A stretch of 64,000 bases of DNA. It comes from Planctomycetota bacterium (GTDB lineage Bacteria; Planctomycetota; UBA11346). Every line of letters begins with the position of its first letter. Position 1 is the first letter of the stretch. The stretch covers positions 101,005 to 165,004 of the forward strand of contig JBBQSO010000001.1 of NCBI GenBank assembly GCA_038213805.1, in the 5' to 3' direction. The position numbers and the translations under genes were made by a program. A model generated the notes under the pieces. That model was given only the letters and a program-made list of their open reading frames with translations, ran no database searches and was not told the DNA's origin. Of the stretch, positions 49,249 through 58,851 are shown piece by piece.

Positions 49249-49919
49249 CCCTGCTCCGCGAAGACGTAGCCCTGGCCGCGCCGGGTGTGGATGAGCTTGG
49301 CCTCGCCCTCGCCCTCGAGTTTGCGGCGCAGGTAACCGACGTAGACGTCGAGGACGTTGCTGCCGCCGTCGCTGCCGAACTCGTAGAGGTGGTCCCACAG
49401 TTCGGTGCGGGTCACCACCTGGCCGGTGCGCAGCGCGAGAAACTCGAGGATGGCGAATTCGCGCGCGGTCAGCGCGACCTCGTGGCCGCGGCGCGCGACG
49501 CGGCGTGCGACCAGGTCGATTTCCAGGTCGCCGACGTGGATGACCGGGCTTTTGGCCTGGTAGCCACGACGCACCAGCGCGCGCACGCGCGCGAGCAATT
49601 CTGGGAAGGCAAAGGGTTTGACGAGGTAGTCGTCGGCGCCGTGGTCGAGACCCTCGACGCGGTCCTCGACGCCATCGCGGGCGGTGAGCACCAGCACGTG
49701 GCTGGCGCAGCCCGCGGCGCGCAGCCGGTCGAGCACAGTCAGGCCATCGAGACCAGGCAGCATGAGGTCGAGCACGATGAGATCGTAGGGGTTGCCGGTT
49801 GCGTACCACAGGCCTTCGGCGCCATCGCCGGTCTCGTCGACAGCGTAACCGGCCTCGCGCAGGCCCTTGGCCAGGGCGGCGCGGAGCGGCTGGTAGTCTT
49901 CGACGACAAGGATGCGCAT
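49245..49919 (-). CDS. OmpR-family response regulator
   Basis: MRILVVED, DLMLPGLDG, GADDYLVKPF, winged helix SNVLDVYVGYLRRKL..TRRGQGY. Confidence 0.95.
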   Translation of the reverse strand: MRILVVEDYQPLRAALAKGLREAGYAVDETGDGAEGLWYATGNPYDLIVLDLMLPGLDGLTVLDRLRAAGCASHVLVLTARDGVEDRVEGLDHGADDYLVKPFAFPELLARVRALVRRGYQAKSPVIHVGDLEIDLVARRVARRGHEVALTAREFAILEFLALRTGQVVTRTELWDHLYEFGSDGGSNVLDVYVGYLRRKLEGEGEAKLIHTRRGQGYVFAEQG

Positions 49920-49980
49920 GGCTGGATCTGACGGTCCCCGGGCAGGGCGCAAGCCCCGCCCGGGGAGGTCCATCATGGGC

Positions 49981-50352
49981 TCAGTGCTCACCCTTCTCTG
50001 CGTGCTCGTGCTTGCCCTCGTGGTGGCCCTTCTCGCCGTCCTTCTCGCCGTCCTCCTTGCCGTCCGCCTTCTCGGTCTCGGTCTTCAGCAGGGTGCCGTC
50101 CTCGGCGACGGTGAACTCGATCACGGTGCCTTTCTCGGTGCCGGGGATCTCGGCGGTATAGACGACCTTGCCCTTCTTGTGCTCGCGCTCGAATTCGCTC
50201 AGCGCGGCGCCCTTGGCCGCGGCCTCGAGGGTGGTCTTGACGGCGGCGGGCAACTGGTCGACGGTGACCTTCTCTTCCTCTTCGGCCCAGCCGGCCTGGG
50301 CGAGCACTGCGAGCAGTGCGGTGGCGGTGATGATGCGGGACGTCGTGGACAT
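49981..50352 (-). CDS. PepSY-like (BLIP-like) periplasmic protein with His/charged tail
   Basis: Signal peptide, QLPAAVKTT, VYTAE, VAEDGTLL; tail EKGHHEGKHEHAEKGEH. Confidence 0.75.
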   Translation of the reverse strand: MSTTSRIITATALLAVLAQAGWAEEEEKVTVDQLPAAVKTTLEAAAKGAALSEFEREHKKGKVVYTAEIPGTEKGTVIEFTVAEDGTLLKTETEKADGKEDGEKDGEKGHHEGKHEHAEKGEH

Positions 50353-50416
50353 GATGCGTTCTCCATGGTGCGGACGGCGCTGCCGTCCTGGGTTGGCCGC
50401 ATCATGCAGCGCGGAC

Positions 50417-50432
50417 GTGAGTCCACGATGAG
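50417..50432 (-). promoter_or_regulatory. Candidate OmpR-family box CTCAT-N6-CTCAC
   Basis: Direct repeat with 11-bp period upstream of the PepSY-like gene. Matches the site at 51554. Confidence 0.5.
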
Positions 50433-50446
50433 CGGCAGCGGCGGAC

Positions 50447-51499
50447 TCAGGGATCGCTGCGCGCGACCACCACGATCCGGAAGGTGCCAGGCTTGGGCGT
50501 GGGCCGCGGATGTGGATTCGCCGCGCTCGCCGCGGCGGCCGGCTCCAGCGCGGCGGTCGGCAGCCAGATGCGCCGTCCCGTCGGATCCACCGCCATGGTG
50601 CGCGCGCCCGGCAGGGTCGCTACCGTCTGGATGACCTTGAAATGCCCATCCGCATCCGCGCGCGCGACGCTCAGGGTCGCATCCCCGCAGCTCGCCAGCG
50701 CGCAGCCCGCGCTGAATGCGGTGGCGTCCACGCCCGCGCCGATCGGCAGGTCGGCGATGACGCGCCCATCATCAGCACCCATCACCACCAGCTTCTGGTT
50801 GCGGCAGCCGACGAACAGTTTCCGGCCGTCGCGGTCCATGGACATGCCGGTGGGGCGCGCGCCGGGCGCGGTCGACCAGCGCGCGGTCACGGTCATGGTC
50901 GCCGTATCGAGCACCGCGACCTGGTCCTTGTCGACCAGGTTCACGTAGACCTTGCCCAGACCGTCGGCGACGGCGTATTCGGGTTTGCCACCGAGATCCA
51001 CGGCTGGACCGGCCGCACCGCCGACGGCGACGTCCGCGGCGATCGGCACCACCGCTTCCGCATCACCGCAGAAGGCCAGCACCCGGCGGCTGGCGGGATC
51101 GTAGATGATGCAGTCTGCGTCCGGCTTGGCCGCGATGGTACCCAGCACCGCCGAGGTCTTGAGGTCGAAGATCGTCACCGTGGCGTCGCCGCCGTTGCTG
51201 GTGAAGCCGCGGCCGACCTCCGGCACCAACACCACGCCGTGGACACCGGTGGTGCCGGGAATATCCGCGACCAGGTCGCCGCTGGTCGCGTCGAGCACCA
51301 TCACGTGCGAACTGCGCGGCACGTACAGGCGGTCGCCCGCCGCTGAGCAGGCGATGTAGTCCCAGCGCCCCTCGCCACCGACCGCAAGTGTGGTGGCCAA
51401 CGCGTAGTGCGGAAGCACCGCATCGGCTCCGCTCAGCATGGTCTGGACCATGGCGCCGATCAGCACCAGGGCGCTGGCGAGTCTGCTGGAGATGGCCAT
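50447..51499 (-). CDS. YncE-family beta-propeller protein
   Basis: GGEGRWDY, GVHGV..GRGFTSNG, GKPEYAVADG.G.VYVNL, GARTMAVD. Confidence 0.85.
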   Translation of the reverse strand: MAISSRLASALVLIGAMVQTMLSGADAVLPHYALATTLAVGGEGRWDYIACSAAGDRLYVPRSSHVMVLDATSGDLVADIPGTTGVHGVVLVPEVGRGFTSNGGDATVTIFDLKTSAVLGTIAAKPDADCIIYDPASRRVLAFCGDAEAVVPIAADVAVGGAAGPAVDLGGKPEYAVADGLGKVYVNLVDKDQVAVLDTATMTVTARWSTAPGARPTGMSMDRDGRKLFVGCRNQKLVVMGADDGRVIADLPIGAGVDATAFSAGCALASCGDATLSVARADADGHFKVIQTVATLPGARTMAVDPTGRRIWLPTAALEPAAAASAANPHPRPTPKPGTFRIVVVARSDP

Positions 51500-51553
51500 G
51501 GCAGAACCTTTCTGGCGGGAAGCCCGCATCCGGTGATTCGTAGTCGTCTGACC

Positions 51554-51569
51554 ATGAGAGGATGATGAG
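51554..51569 (-). promoter_or_regulatory. Candidate OmpR-family box CTCAT-N6-CTCAT
   Basis: Direct repeat ATGAG at 51554 and 51565, upstream of the YncE-like gene. Confidence 0.5.
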
Positions 51570-51817
51570 GAATCCTCCAGGTCCAGCTCCGGGTCAGGCC
51601 AGGCGACCGCATCACCGGGCTGGCACGGACGGCTCCGAGCCCACCGTCGCCGTCAGCATCCACCCCGTCGTGTCGTGGTCCTCGATGCGGCCGATGAGCA
51701 GGTCCGATCAGGGATGGAGCCATGGGTAGTCCCCAGCGCGGGCGCAAAGGTGCCGTCGCGTGCTGGCGATTCTCGCGCGGCGTGCGGGCACCGCCAGACC
51801 CGGGTAACGCGGACCCC

Positions 51818-54800
51818 TTAGCGCACCAGCGCCCCGCGCTTCGGCAGCGAGAAGAAGAAGGTCGAGCCGACATCGAGCGTGGATTCCACCCAGATGCGGC
51901 CCCGGTGGTGCTCGACGATCTTCTTGCAGGTGCCCAGACCGATGCCACTGCCCTGGACACCGCCCTTGGTGTGCACGCGCGTGAAGGGCTCGAAGATCCT
52001 GGTGAGATCCGCCTCCGCCATGCCGATGCCGTTGTCGCTGATGGCGAACACCCATTGCTGCGGCGTCTCCCTCGCGCTGACGCGGATCACCGGTGACCGC
52101 TGCGGGCTGGCGTACTTGACGGCGTTGCCAACCAGGTTCTGGAACAGCTGGGTGAGCTGCTCGCGGTTGGCGAAAACGATGGGGAGCGGATCGTGCGCGA
52201 TGGTCGCGTGGGCGTCCGCGATCTTGGACTCGAGGTTGGCCAGGGCATTGCGAAGCGTATAGGCGCTATCGATGTCGGTGATGTCGCTGCCCTCGTGGCC
52301 GAGCCGGGAATAGGTCAGGATGGCGTCGATCATGGCGGTCAGGCGCTTGGCGCCGTTCGTGACGTTGGCCATGTATTCGCGGGCGCGCTCGTCGAACAGC
52401 GGCGCGTAGCGCGCCTGAAGGAGGCCGATGTAGCTGGCCATCATGCGCAGCGGCTCCTGCAGATCGTGCGAGGCCACCGCAGCGAACTGCTCGAGCTCGG
52501 CGTTGGAGCGCAGCTGCTCGATGGCGGTGTCCTGCAGCACCAGCGAGGCGCGCGCGCGCGCAGTGATGTCGGCGATCACCAGGACGATCAGCCGCGCGTG
52601 CTCGTCGCCCCCCTCCAGCCGGCGCGCATTCAGCAGCATGGTCATCGGCCCGATCCCGGCGAAATCGTGAGTGACCTCGAAATCGTCGAAGGTGCTGTTG
52701 TTGGGCAGGATGTCCTCGAGCAGGCGACGCAGTTCGGGGATGTTCCACTGGCCGTTGCCCAGGTCGTAGACCAGCCGACCGATGGTTTCGGCGCGGCCCA
52801 CGCCGAAGGCGGCCAAAAAGGCCTGGTTGGCGCTCTCGACACGCAGGCCCGCGGACAGCACCAGCAGCGGGTAGCGCATGGTCTCGATGATGGCCGAAGT
52901 GAGTTCGCCGGAGGTGCGTAAGGAGGCGGAGGCTTTGGCGAGCTCGGTGTTGGCGGCGCGCAGCTCCTCGTTGATGGTGATCAGCTCCTCGTTGGTCGAA
53001 TCGACCTCCTCCTTGGCGGTCTGAAGCTCCTCATTGGTGCTGCGGAACTCCTCGGTGCTCGACTGGGCCTCTTCCTGCGCGTCGCGCAGCTGTTCGATTT
53101 GGCTATGGTTCAGAGCGACCAGCGAGCGCACGTAGTCGGTGGCGGCCGCCAGTTCGGCGCGCAATTGGGCGTTCTCCTGCGCGGCCGCCTCGTGCCCCGA
53201 GGCCGGACCCCCGGCGGCGGACTTCTCACGCGCCAGCGTGGGCGGCGCGGCACCGTCTTGCTCGGTGAACAGGATGAGAAAACCGGTAAGGCCGGTGGGC
53301 AGGCGGATCGGCAGGACTTCGATGCCGATCTCGCGGAAATCCTGCGCGCGGCGTAAGGCGACGCGCTCACGGCGCACCGGCAGGCCGCTGCTCCGGGCCT
53401 CCGCGAGCGACGCGCTGAGCGCCTCCGCCAGGCCGAAGGGTACCATGGTCAGCAGGTTCAGGCTGGCCTCGCCCTGGGCCGGTTCGAGATAAGGCGCGGT
53501 GTGGCCGCGGAACTGGATGATCTCCATGGTCTCGCTCACCAGCACCTCCGCGGGGGCGAAGCGGCCGAGCACCACCTGATCGGCGGCGCGCTGCATCTCC
53601 GACAGCGGCTGGGCGAGGGGTGGCGGCAGAATGGGCATGCTGGAATCGCCTGAGCGGTGCTGGGGGATGGGTGGACGAAGGCGACCCGGGGAAGCGACGG
53701 CGCGGTAGAGCCGGTTCTTCTCGTCGACGGTCGTAAACATGCTGGCGGATCGGCCAAGGGACTCTGATGTGCCGAGCAGCAGAAAGCCGTCGGCCTTCAG
53801 CGAGAACCGGAAGGTCGGCAGGACGTGCTTCTGCAGCACCGGGCCGAGGTAGATGAGCACGTTCCGGCAGCTGACCAGGTCGATGCGCGAGAACGGCGTG
53901 TCGGCGGTGATGTCGTGCTTGGAGAACACGCACAGCTCGCGCAACTCCTTCACCACGCGGTAGCCAGCCGGCTCGCGCGTGAACCAGCGCGCCAGGCGGG
54001 CGGCGGGGATCTCGTCGGCGATGTTCTCGCCATACACACCGAGGCGGGCCTTGGCCAGCGCCCAGTCGCTGATATCGGTGGCGAAGACCTGCACCCGTGG
54101 TGCGGCGGGAACCCCCTGGAGGAATTCGAGGAGCTCGATCAGCAGCGAGTACACCTCCTGCCCGGTCGAGCAGCCGACCACCCACAGGCGGATGGGGGCA
54201 TCGGCGGCGCGCCGATCCAGCAACGCCGGGAAGGCGTGGCCGACCAGCGCTGCGAACGCCCCCTGATCGCGGAAGAAGCTGGTGACGTTGATGATCACGT
54301 CCTTGGCCAGCGCGTCGACCTCCTCGGGGACGGCGGCCAGATGGCGCGCATAGTCGGCCAGCGTGGTCGTCCCGAGCTGGGCCATGCGCCGCTTGGTGCG
54401 TCTGGTGATCGTGGGCTCGCGGTAGTGGGAGAAGTCGATGCCGGTGGCGTTGCGCAACAGGGCGATGATGGCCGCGTACGCGACGGGATCGACAGCCTGC
54501 GCGTCGGAAGCGGCAGACGCCGACTCATCGAAACACGGCCGCTCCTGCGCCGGCGGCACCAACGGGAAGCCGTACGTGGCGATCTTGACCAGCTCCTTGG
54601 CGATCTCCGCCGGCCGCAGCACGTAATCCACCAGGCCCTGGGTGATGGCGCTAAGCGGCATGTTCGCGTATTCGGAGCTGGCGTCCTGCGCGAAGGTGAT
54701 GCCGCCCGAGGCGCGGATCGCCGCCAGACCGAGGGTCCCATCCGAACCGGTCCCGGAGAGGATCACGCCGATGGCGCGGCGCGGCCGATCGATGGCGAGC

Positions 54801-55216
54801 GCGCACAGGAAGGCGTCGATGGCGAGGTGCGGCCCCGGGCCCTGTTCGCGTGGCGAGATGCGCAGGATGCCCTCGGTGATGCCGATGCGCGTGTTGGGGG
54901 TGATGACGTAGACGTGATCCGAGCGCACCACTCTGCCCTCGGTGGCCTCGGCGATGGGCAGGCGCGAAACCTTGGCGAGCAGGTCCGGCAGGTGGCTGTG
55001 GTGGTGCGGATCGAGGTGCTGGATGACCACGAACGCCATGCCGGTGTCCTGCGGGATCCCGGCGAGCAGGGCGGTGATCGCCTTCAGCCCGCCAGCGGAG
55101 GCGCCGATGCAGATGATGGGGAAGGGTTCCGGCGCCGGCGCCACGGCGCCGGCGGTGGACGTCGCGGGGACCGCGTCTCCGGAAACCTCGACCGCTGCGC
55201 TGGATGTGCTGTTCAT
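51818..55216 (-). CDS. CheB-CheR-PAS-histidine kinase fusion
   Basis: CheB triad motifs GASAGG, QHL and GTGSDG; CheR motifs INVTSFFRD, GCSTGQEVYS and SCRNVLIY; coiled coil; PAS; SHDLQEPLR; GIGLG. Confidence 0.93.
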   Translation of the reverse strand: MNSTSSAAVEVSGDAVPATSTAGAVAPAPEPFPIICIGASAGGLKAITALLAGIPQDTGMAFVVIQHLDPHHHSHLPDLLAKVSRLPIAEATEGRVVRSDHVYVITPNTRIGITEGILRISPREQGPGPHLAIDAFLCALAIDRPRRAIGVILSGTGSDGTLGLAAIRASGGITFAQDASSEYANMPLSAITQGLVDYVLRPAEIAKELVKIATYGFPLVPPAQERPCFDESASAASDAQAVDPVAYAAIIALLRNATGIDFSHYREPTITRRTKRRMAQLGTTTLADYARHLAAVPEEVDALAKDVIINVTSFFRDQGAFAALVGHAFPALLDRRAADAPIRLWVVGCSTGQEVYSLLIELLEFLQGVPAAPRVQVFATDISDWALAKARLGVYGENIADEIPAARLARWFTREPAGYRVVKELRELCVFSKHDITADTPFSRIDLVSCRNVLIYLGPVLQKHVLPTFRFSLKADGFLLLGTSESLGRSASMFTTVDEKNRLYRAVASPGRLRPPIPQHRSGDSSMPILPPPLAQPLSEMQRAADQVVLGRFAPAEVLVSETMEIIQFRGHTAPYLEPAQGEASLNLLTMVPFGLAEALSASLAEARSSGLPVRRERVALRRAQDFREIGIEVLPIRLPTGLTGFLILFTEQDGAAPPTLAREKSAAGGPASGHEAAAQENAQLRAELAAATDYVRSLVALNHSQIEQLRDAQEEAQSSTEEFRSTNEELQTAKEEVDSTNEELITINEELRAANTELAKASASLRTSGELTSAIIETMRYPLLVLSAGLRVESANQAFLAAFGVGRAETIGRLVYDLGNGQWNIPELRRLLEDILPNNSTFDDFEVTHDFAGIGPMTMLLNARRLEGGDEHARLIVLVIADITARARASLVLQDTAIEQLRSNAELEQFAAVASHDLQEPLRMMASYIGLLQARYAPLFDERAREYMANVTNGAKRLTAMIDAILTYSRLGHEGSDITDIDSAYTLRNALANLESKIADAHATIAHDPLPIVFANREQLTQLFQNLVGNAVKYASPQRSPVIRVSARETPQQWVFAISDNGIGMAEADLTRIFEPFTRVHTKGGVQGSGIGLGTCKKIVEHHRGRIWVESTLDVGSTFFFSLPKRGALVR

Positions 55217-55357
55217 GGGTTCCCCCTGTAATGTCCGACCGCCCGGTCTCAGCCCGCCCAGCAACGGGCGCAGTGGCTGTGGATCGGGGATCATCTGCAG
55301 GTGATTCCGAAACGACGCGGAAGCGCACGGTACCTACCGCCGCACCCGCACGCCGCT

Positions 55358-56035
55358 TCAAATGATGGTGATCTGGACGCTGCTCTCGATGATACCCGCG
55401 CCGATGGCGTAGCGGGTCAGCCCGGCGATGTCGTGGATGCCGAGCTTCTCCATCAGGTGACCACGGTGCTTCTCCACCGTCTTGATGCTGATCCTGAGTT
55501 CGGACGCGGCCTCCTTGTTGGACTTGCCCTCGGCGATCAGCTGCAGGACCTCCATCTCGCGCGAGGTCAGGGCATGCGCCTTCGCAGAGGGCTTGGCAAC
55601 GACGCCGGCGCCGCGCTGGTCGGCGCGGACGAAACGCCGCGAGATCGGGATGCTGAAGAAGGTCTTGCCCGCATGGACCGCGCGGATCGCCTCGCAGACC
55701 TCGTGCGACGAGGACTGCTTGATCAGGAAGCCCGCCGCGCCGGCCGCGCTGGCGGTCGTGACGTAGGCGTCGTCGCTGTGCGCGGAAAGGATGACGACCC
55801 GCGCCGCGGGGAGGGCCTTGAGCACCTGACGGGTCGCCTCGAAGCCATTGAGCAGGGGCATGGCGATGTCCATCAGCACCACGTCGGGACGCAGTTTCCT
55901 GGCCAGCGCGACGGCCTGCCGACCGTCCTGCGCCTCGCCGACCACGTGCAGGTCGGGATCGAGTTCGAGCATGCGCCGCAGGCCCTCGCGCACGACCATG
56001 TGGTCCTCGACAACCAGCACCGTGATGGGTTTCAT
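55358..56035 (-). CDS. NarL/FixJ-family response regulator
   Basis: VVEDHMVVREG, MDIAMP and LuxR HTH LTSREMEVLQLIAEGKSNKE. Confidence 0.95.
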   Translation of the reverse strand: MKPITVLVVEDHMVVREGLRRMLELDPDLHVVGEAQDGRQAVALARKLRPDVVLMDIAMPLLNGFEATRQVLKALPAARVVILSAHSDDAYVTTASAAGAAGFLIKQSSSHEVCEAIRAVHAGKTFFSIPISRRFVRADQRGAGVVAKPSAKAHALTSREMEVLQLIAEGKSNKEAASELRISIKTVEKHRGHLMEKLGIHDIAGLTRYAIGAGIIESSVQITII

Positions 56036-57201
56036 GAACAGACCGCAGTCCGGCCGCGGGCAGTACGTACGCGCCGCAATGTGCTGAGCGGGATTTCGGC
56101 GGTGATGAGGGTGCCCTTTCCGGGTGCCGGGGCCACGCTGAAGCTTCCGCCGACCATCTCGATGCGCTCGCGCATGCCGAGCAGGCCCAGGCTTCGACCA
56201 CTGCGGGCGAGCATGATGCGCTGGACGTTGAAGGAGCGGCCGTCGTCCACGATGCGCAGGCAGCAGGTGGCGTCCCCGACCTTCTTGATGGTGACCTCGA
56301 CCCGGGTCGCCTTGGCGTGGCGACCAACGTTGGTGAGCGCCTCCTGAATGACGCGGAACAGCACGGTGCGCCGGTCCGTGTCCAGCTCCTCGACACCGGC
56401 GAAGGCGGTGAGGTGCGCGCGCACGCCGGTGCGCGCGGTGAAGGCCTTCATGAAGGCGTGCAGCGCCGGGATGAGACCAAGGTCATCGAGCACCGCCGGG
56501 CGCAGCTCGCGGGCGAACTGGTGGACCAGGTTGACGGATTTCTGCACCAGTTCCTGGGTCAGGACGATGTTCTGCTCCAGGCTTTTGGTGCCGGAGCTGG
56601 CCTCGGTCTTCAGCGCCGCCAGGCGCAGGTTGATGCCGGTCAGGGTCTGGGCGATCACATCGTGCAGCTCGCGGCTGATCTTGCGGCGTTCGTCCTCTTG
56701 CGCGGACAGGATCTGGCGGGACAGGCGGCGCAACTGCCCATGCAGATGGTCGGACTGGCGCAGCAGCTGCGCGTAGTGGCGCTCGCTGCGCTTGAGCGCG
56801 ACCTCGACCGCCTTGCGCTGGGCGATCTCGAGATTGAGCCCGAGATTGGCGGCCGCGAGCTCGACCGTGCGGTGGCTGAGCATGCCGACGAGACGCTTCA
56901 GGTGGGCGGTCGCCGCGCCGGCCGCGCCCCGCGTCTTCTCGAGCGGCATGATCGCCGCAGCGAAGAAGGCGCCCGCACGGCGGATGAGCGCGGCACGCTT
57001 GGCCGAAGCGCAGCCGGGCAGCACCTCGGTGACCAGGACATGCTCGTGGAACCTGGCCAGGTCCAGGGTCTGCAGTCCGACGCTCAGCGCATAGGCGCCA
57101 AGCCCGTCGGCCGGCTCCAGCCCCGTGCCACGGCCGCCCTTGAGGTGGGCGAGCAGGGCCGCGCGGTAGCGCGCCGGTAGGACGGCGGCGCCGCGCTTCA
57201 C
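56032..57201 (-). CDS. Cytoplasmic HisKA_3 histidine kinase with RsbU-N-terminal-like domain
   Basis: ISRELHDVIAQ, LRPAVLDDLGL, QEALTNVGRHA, DDGRSF, GLLGMRER. GTG start. Confidence 0.9.
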   Translation of the reverse strand: MKRGAAVLPARYRAALLAHLKGGRGTGLEPADGLGAYALSVGLQTLDLARFHEHVLVTEVLPGCASAKRAALIRRAGAFFAAAIMPLEKTRGAAGAATAHLKRLVGMLSHRTVELAAANLGLNLEIAQRKAVEVALKRSERHYAQLLRQSDHLHGQLRRLSRQILSAQEDERRKISRELHDVIAQTLTGINLRLAALKTEASSGTKSLEQNIVLTQELVQKSVNLVHQFARELRPAVLDDLGLIPALHAFMKAFTARTGVRAHLTAFAGVEELDTDRRTVLFRVIQEALTNVGRHAKATRVEVTIKKVGDATCCLRIVDDGRSFNVQRIMLARSGRSLGLLGMRERIEMVGGSFSVAPAPGKGTLITAEIPLSTLRRVRTARGRTAVCS

Positions 57202-57896
57202 GTGGTTCCAAGCCGGCGCGCAACCAGGCGCACCGAGCGGGCGGAGCGGATCGCCAGCTTCTGGGTGCTGGCGATCTCGGCCTTCAGCCCGCGCGTGCTG
57301 CCGTGCGCTTCGCGCTTGAGCGAGACCAGCCGGACGTTGATCCCGAGCAGGGTCTGGGCGACCTCGTCGTTGAGTTCGCGGCTGAGCTTCTGCCGTTCCG
57401 CCTCCTGAGCGGCCAACGCCTGGTGGGTCAGGCGCTGGAAATCCCCCTGCAGGCGCAGCGATTCCTTGAGCATCCGGGCATGCCGAACACCACCCGCCTT
57501 GAGTTCGCTGGCCATGCTGCGGTGCTTGGCGACCCCCGCCTTCAGCAGGCGGTTCGCGGTGGCCAGTTCGGCGGTGCGCCGGCCGAGCTCCCCGGCCAGG
57601 CGCGCCCGGTCGACGCGGTCTTCGCGCGCGGGACGGTAGGTCGCGACGATGGGTCCGATGACCTCGACAAAGAAGGACTCGGCGCGCCGCGCCTGGGCGC
57701 CATGGCCAGCGGCTGGATCGAGCGTGACCAGGACGCGTTCGTGGATGCGCGCGATCTCGAGCGTCGCCAGGCCGAGGTCGCTGGCGACCCGACCCAGCCG
57801 CCCGGCAGCCCCGGACACGGCACCCGGTTTCGCCGACAAATGCTTGCGCAACCCATCCGCGTAGCGCTGTGGAAAGTGCGAAGTCTTGGGTTTCAT
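57198..57896 (-). CDS. Truncated paralog of the downstream kinase, with no phospho-His and no ATPase domain
   Basis: Same N-terminal domain (LATLEIARIHERVL); H-box reads SRELNDEVAQ; the ORF ends before the HATPase domain and has a GTGA overlap with the kinase start. Confidence 0.8.
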   Translation of the reverse strand: MKPKTSHFPQRYADGLRKHLSAKPGAVSGAAGRLGRVASDLGLATLEIARIHERVLVTLDPAAGHGAQARRAESFFVEVIGPIVATYRPAREDRVDRARLAGELGRRTAELATANRLLKAGVAKHRSMASELKAGGVRHARMLKESLRLQGDFQRLTHQALAAQEAERQKLSRELNDEVAQTLLGINVRLVSLKREAHGSTRGLKAEIASTQKLAIRSARSVRLVARRLGTT

Positions 57897-57993
57897 GTGG
57901 TTTCCGCCAGGAGGTGAGCGCATCCCAGCAACCATGACGGTTGATCGGTATCAGGCATTCACAAGGAGAATCGCGCCCGGACCGAGCACGACC

Positions 57994-58011
57994 ATGGGGT
58001 GCTCACCCCAT
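57994..58011. promoter_or_regulatory. Palindrome ATGGGGT-N4-ACCCCAT (copy 1)
   Basis: Within CCATGGGGTGCTCACCCCATGG, between the divergent pseudokinase and PRC-barrel genes. Confidence 0.7.
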
Positions 58012-58063
58012 GGCGCGGCCCAACAGAAGCAGAGATAGTGCCATTCCGACCCGAGGAGGTCCT

Positions 58064-58831
58064 ATGCTCTGCCTGGCCAAGACGCTGAACGGCTACACCC
58101 TCGAAGCCCTCAACGGTGAGATCGGCACGGTCAAGGAGTTCTACTTCGACGACCTGTGCTGGACCATCCGCTACCTGGTCGCGGCCACCGGCACCTGGCT
58201 GGCGACCCGGCAGGTGCTGATCCCGCCGCACGTCCTGCGCTCGATCGTCCCGGAGGACCGGCGCATCATCGTCGGTCTGACCACCCAGCAGATCGAGGAC
58301 AGTCCGCCCATCGACCACGACAAGCCGGTGTCGCGGCAGTTCGAGACCGCTTACCACGGCTTCTACGGCTGGCCGCTCTACTGGTACGGCGTGAACGCCT
58401 GGGGCGCGCTCACCAATCCGGCCCTCGACACCACCGCGCCGCCGCTGGTGGACAAGGCCTGGGACGCGCACCTGCGCAGCACGCGCACCGTCAGCCACTA
58501 CCACCTGCAGGCCAGCGACGGCGCGATCGGCCACGTCGAGGACTTCGTCATCGACGACGAGACCTGGTCGATCCGCTACCTGATCATCGACACCGGTTCG
58601 TGGCTCGCCGGCAGGCGGATCCTGCTTGCTCCACAATGGATCACGCGCGTGAGCTGGCCGGAGTCGAAGATCCACGTCGCCCTGACCAGAGCCGCCATCC
58701 AGGCGTCGCCCGCCTACACCGAGGCGGCGCTGCTGACGCGCGCCTACGAGACCGGCCTGCACGGACATTACGGCCGTCCAGGCTACTGGATCGACGAGGC
58801 CGCGGCGCAGCGCGCCTCACGCGCGCAGTGA
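58064..58831 (+). CDS. Tandem PRC-barrel domain protein
   Basis: Two repeats: GEIGTVKEFYFDD..WTIRYLV and GAIGHVEDFVIDDETWSIRYL. SD GAGGAGG. Confidence 0.9.
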   Translation: MLCLAKTLNGYTLEALNGEIGTVKEFYFDDLCWTIRYLVAATGTWLATRQVLIPPHVLRSIVPEDRRIIVGLTTQQIEDSPPIDHDKPVSRQFETAYHGFYGWPLYWYGVNAWGALTNPALDTTAPPLVDKAWDAHLRSTRTVSHYHLQASDGAIGHVEDFVIDDETWSIRYLIIDTGSWLAGRRILLAPQWITRVSWPESKIHVALTRAAIQASPAYTEAALLTRAYETGLHGHYGRPGYWIDEAAAQRASRAQ

Positions 58832-58851
58832 ACCCGGGAACTGGCTGACCC

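Noticed and set aside
26263..51810. Other intergenic GTAAC hits (26267 minus, 29331, 51805)
   Set aside because: No (A/G)GA(C/T) at the 17-nt spacing, so they were not counted in the ECF regulon.
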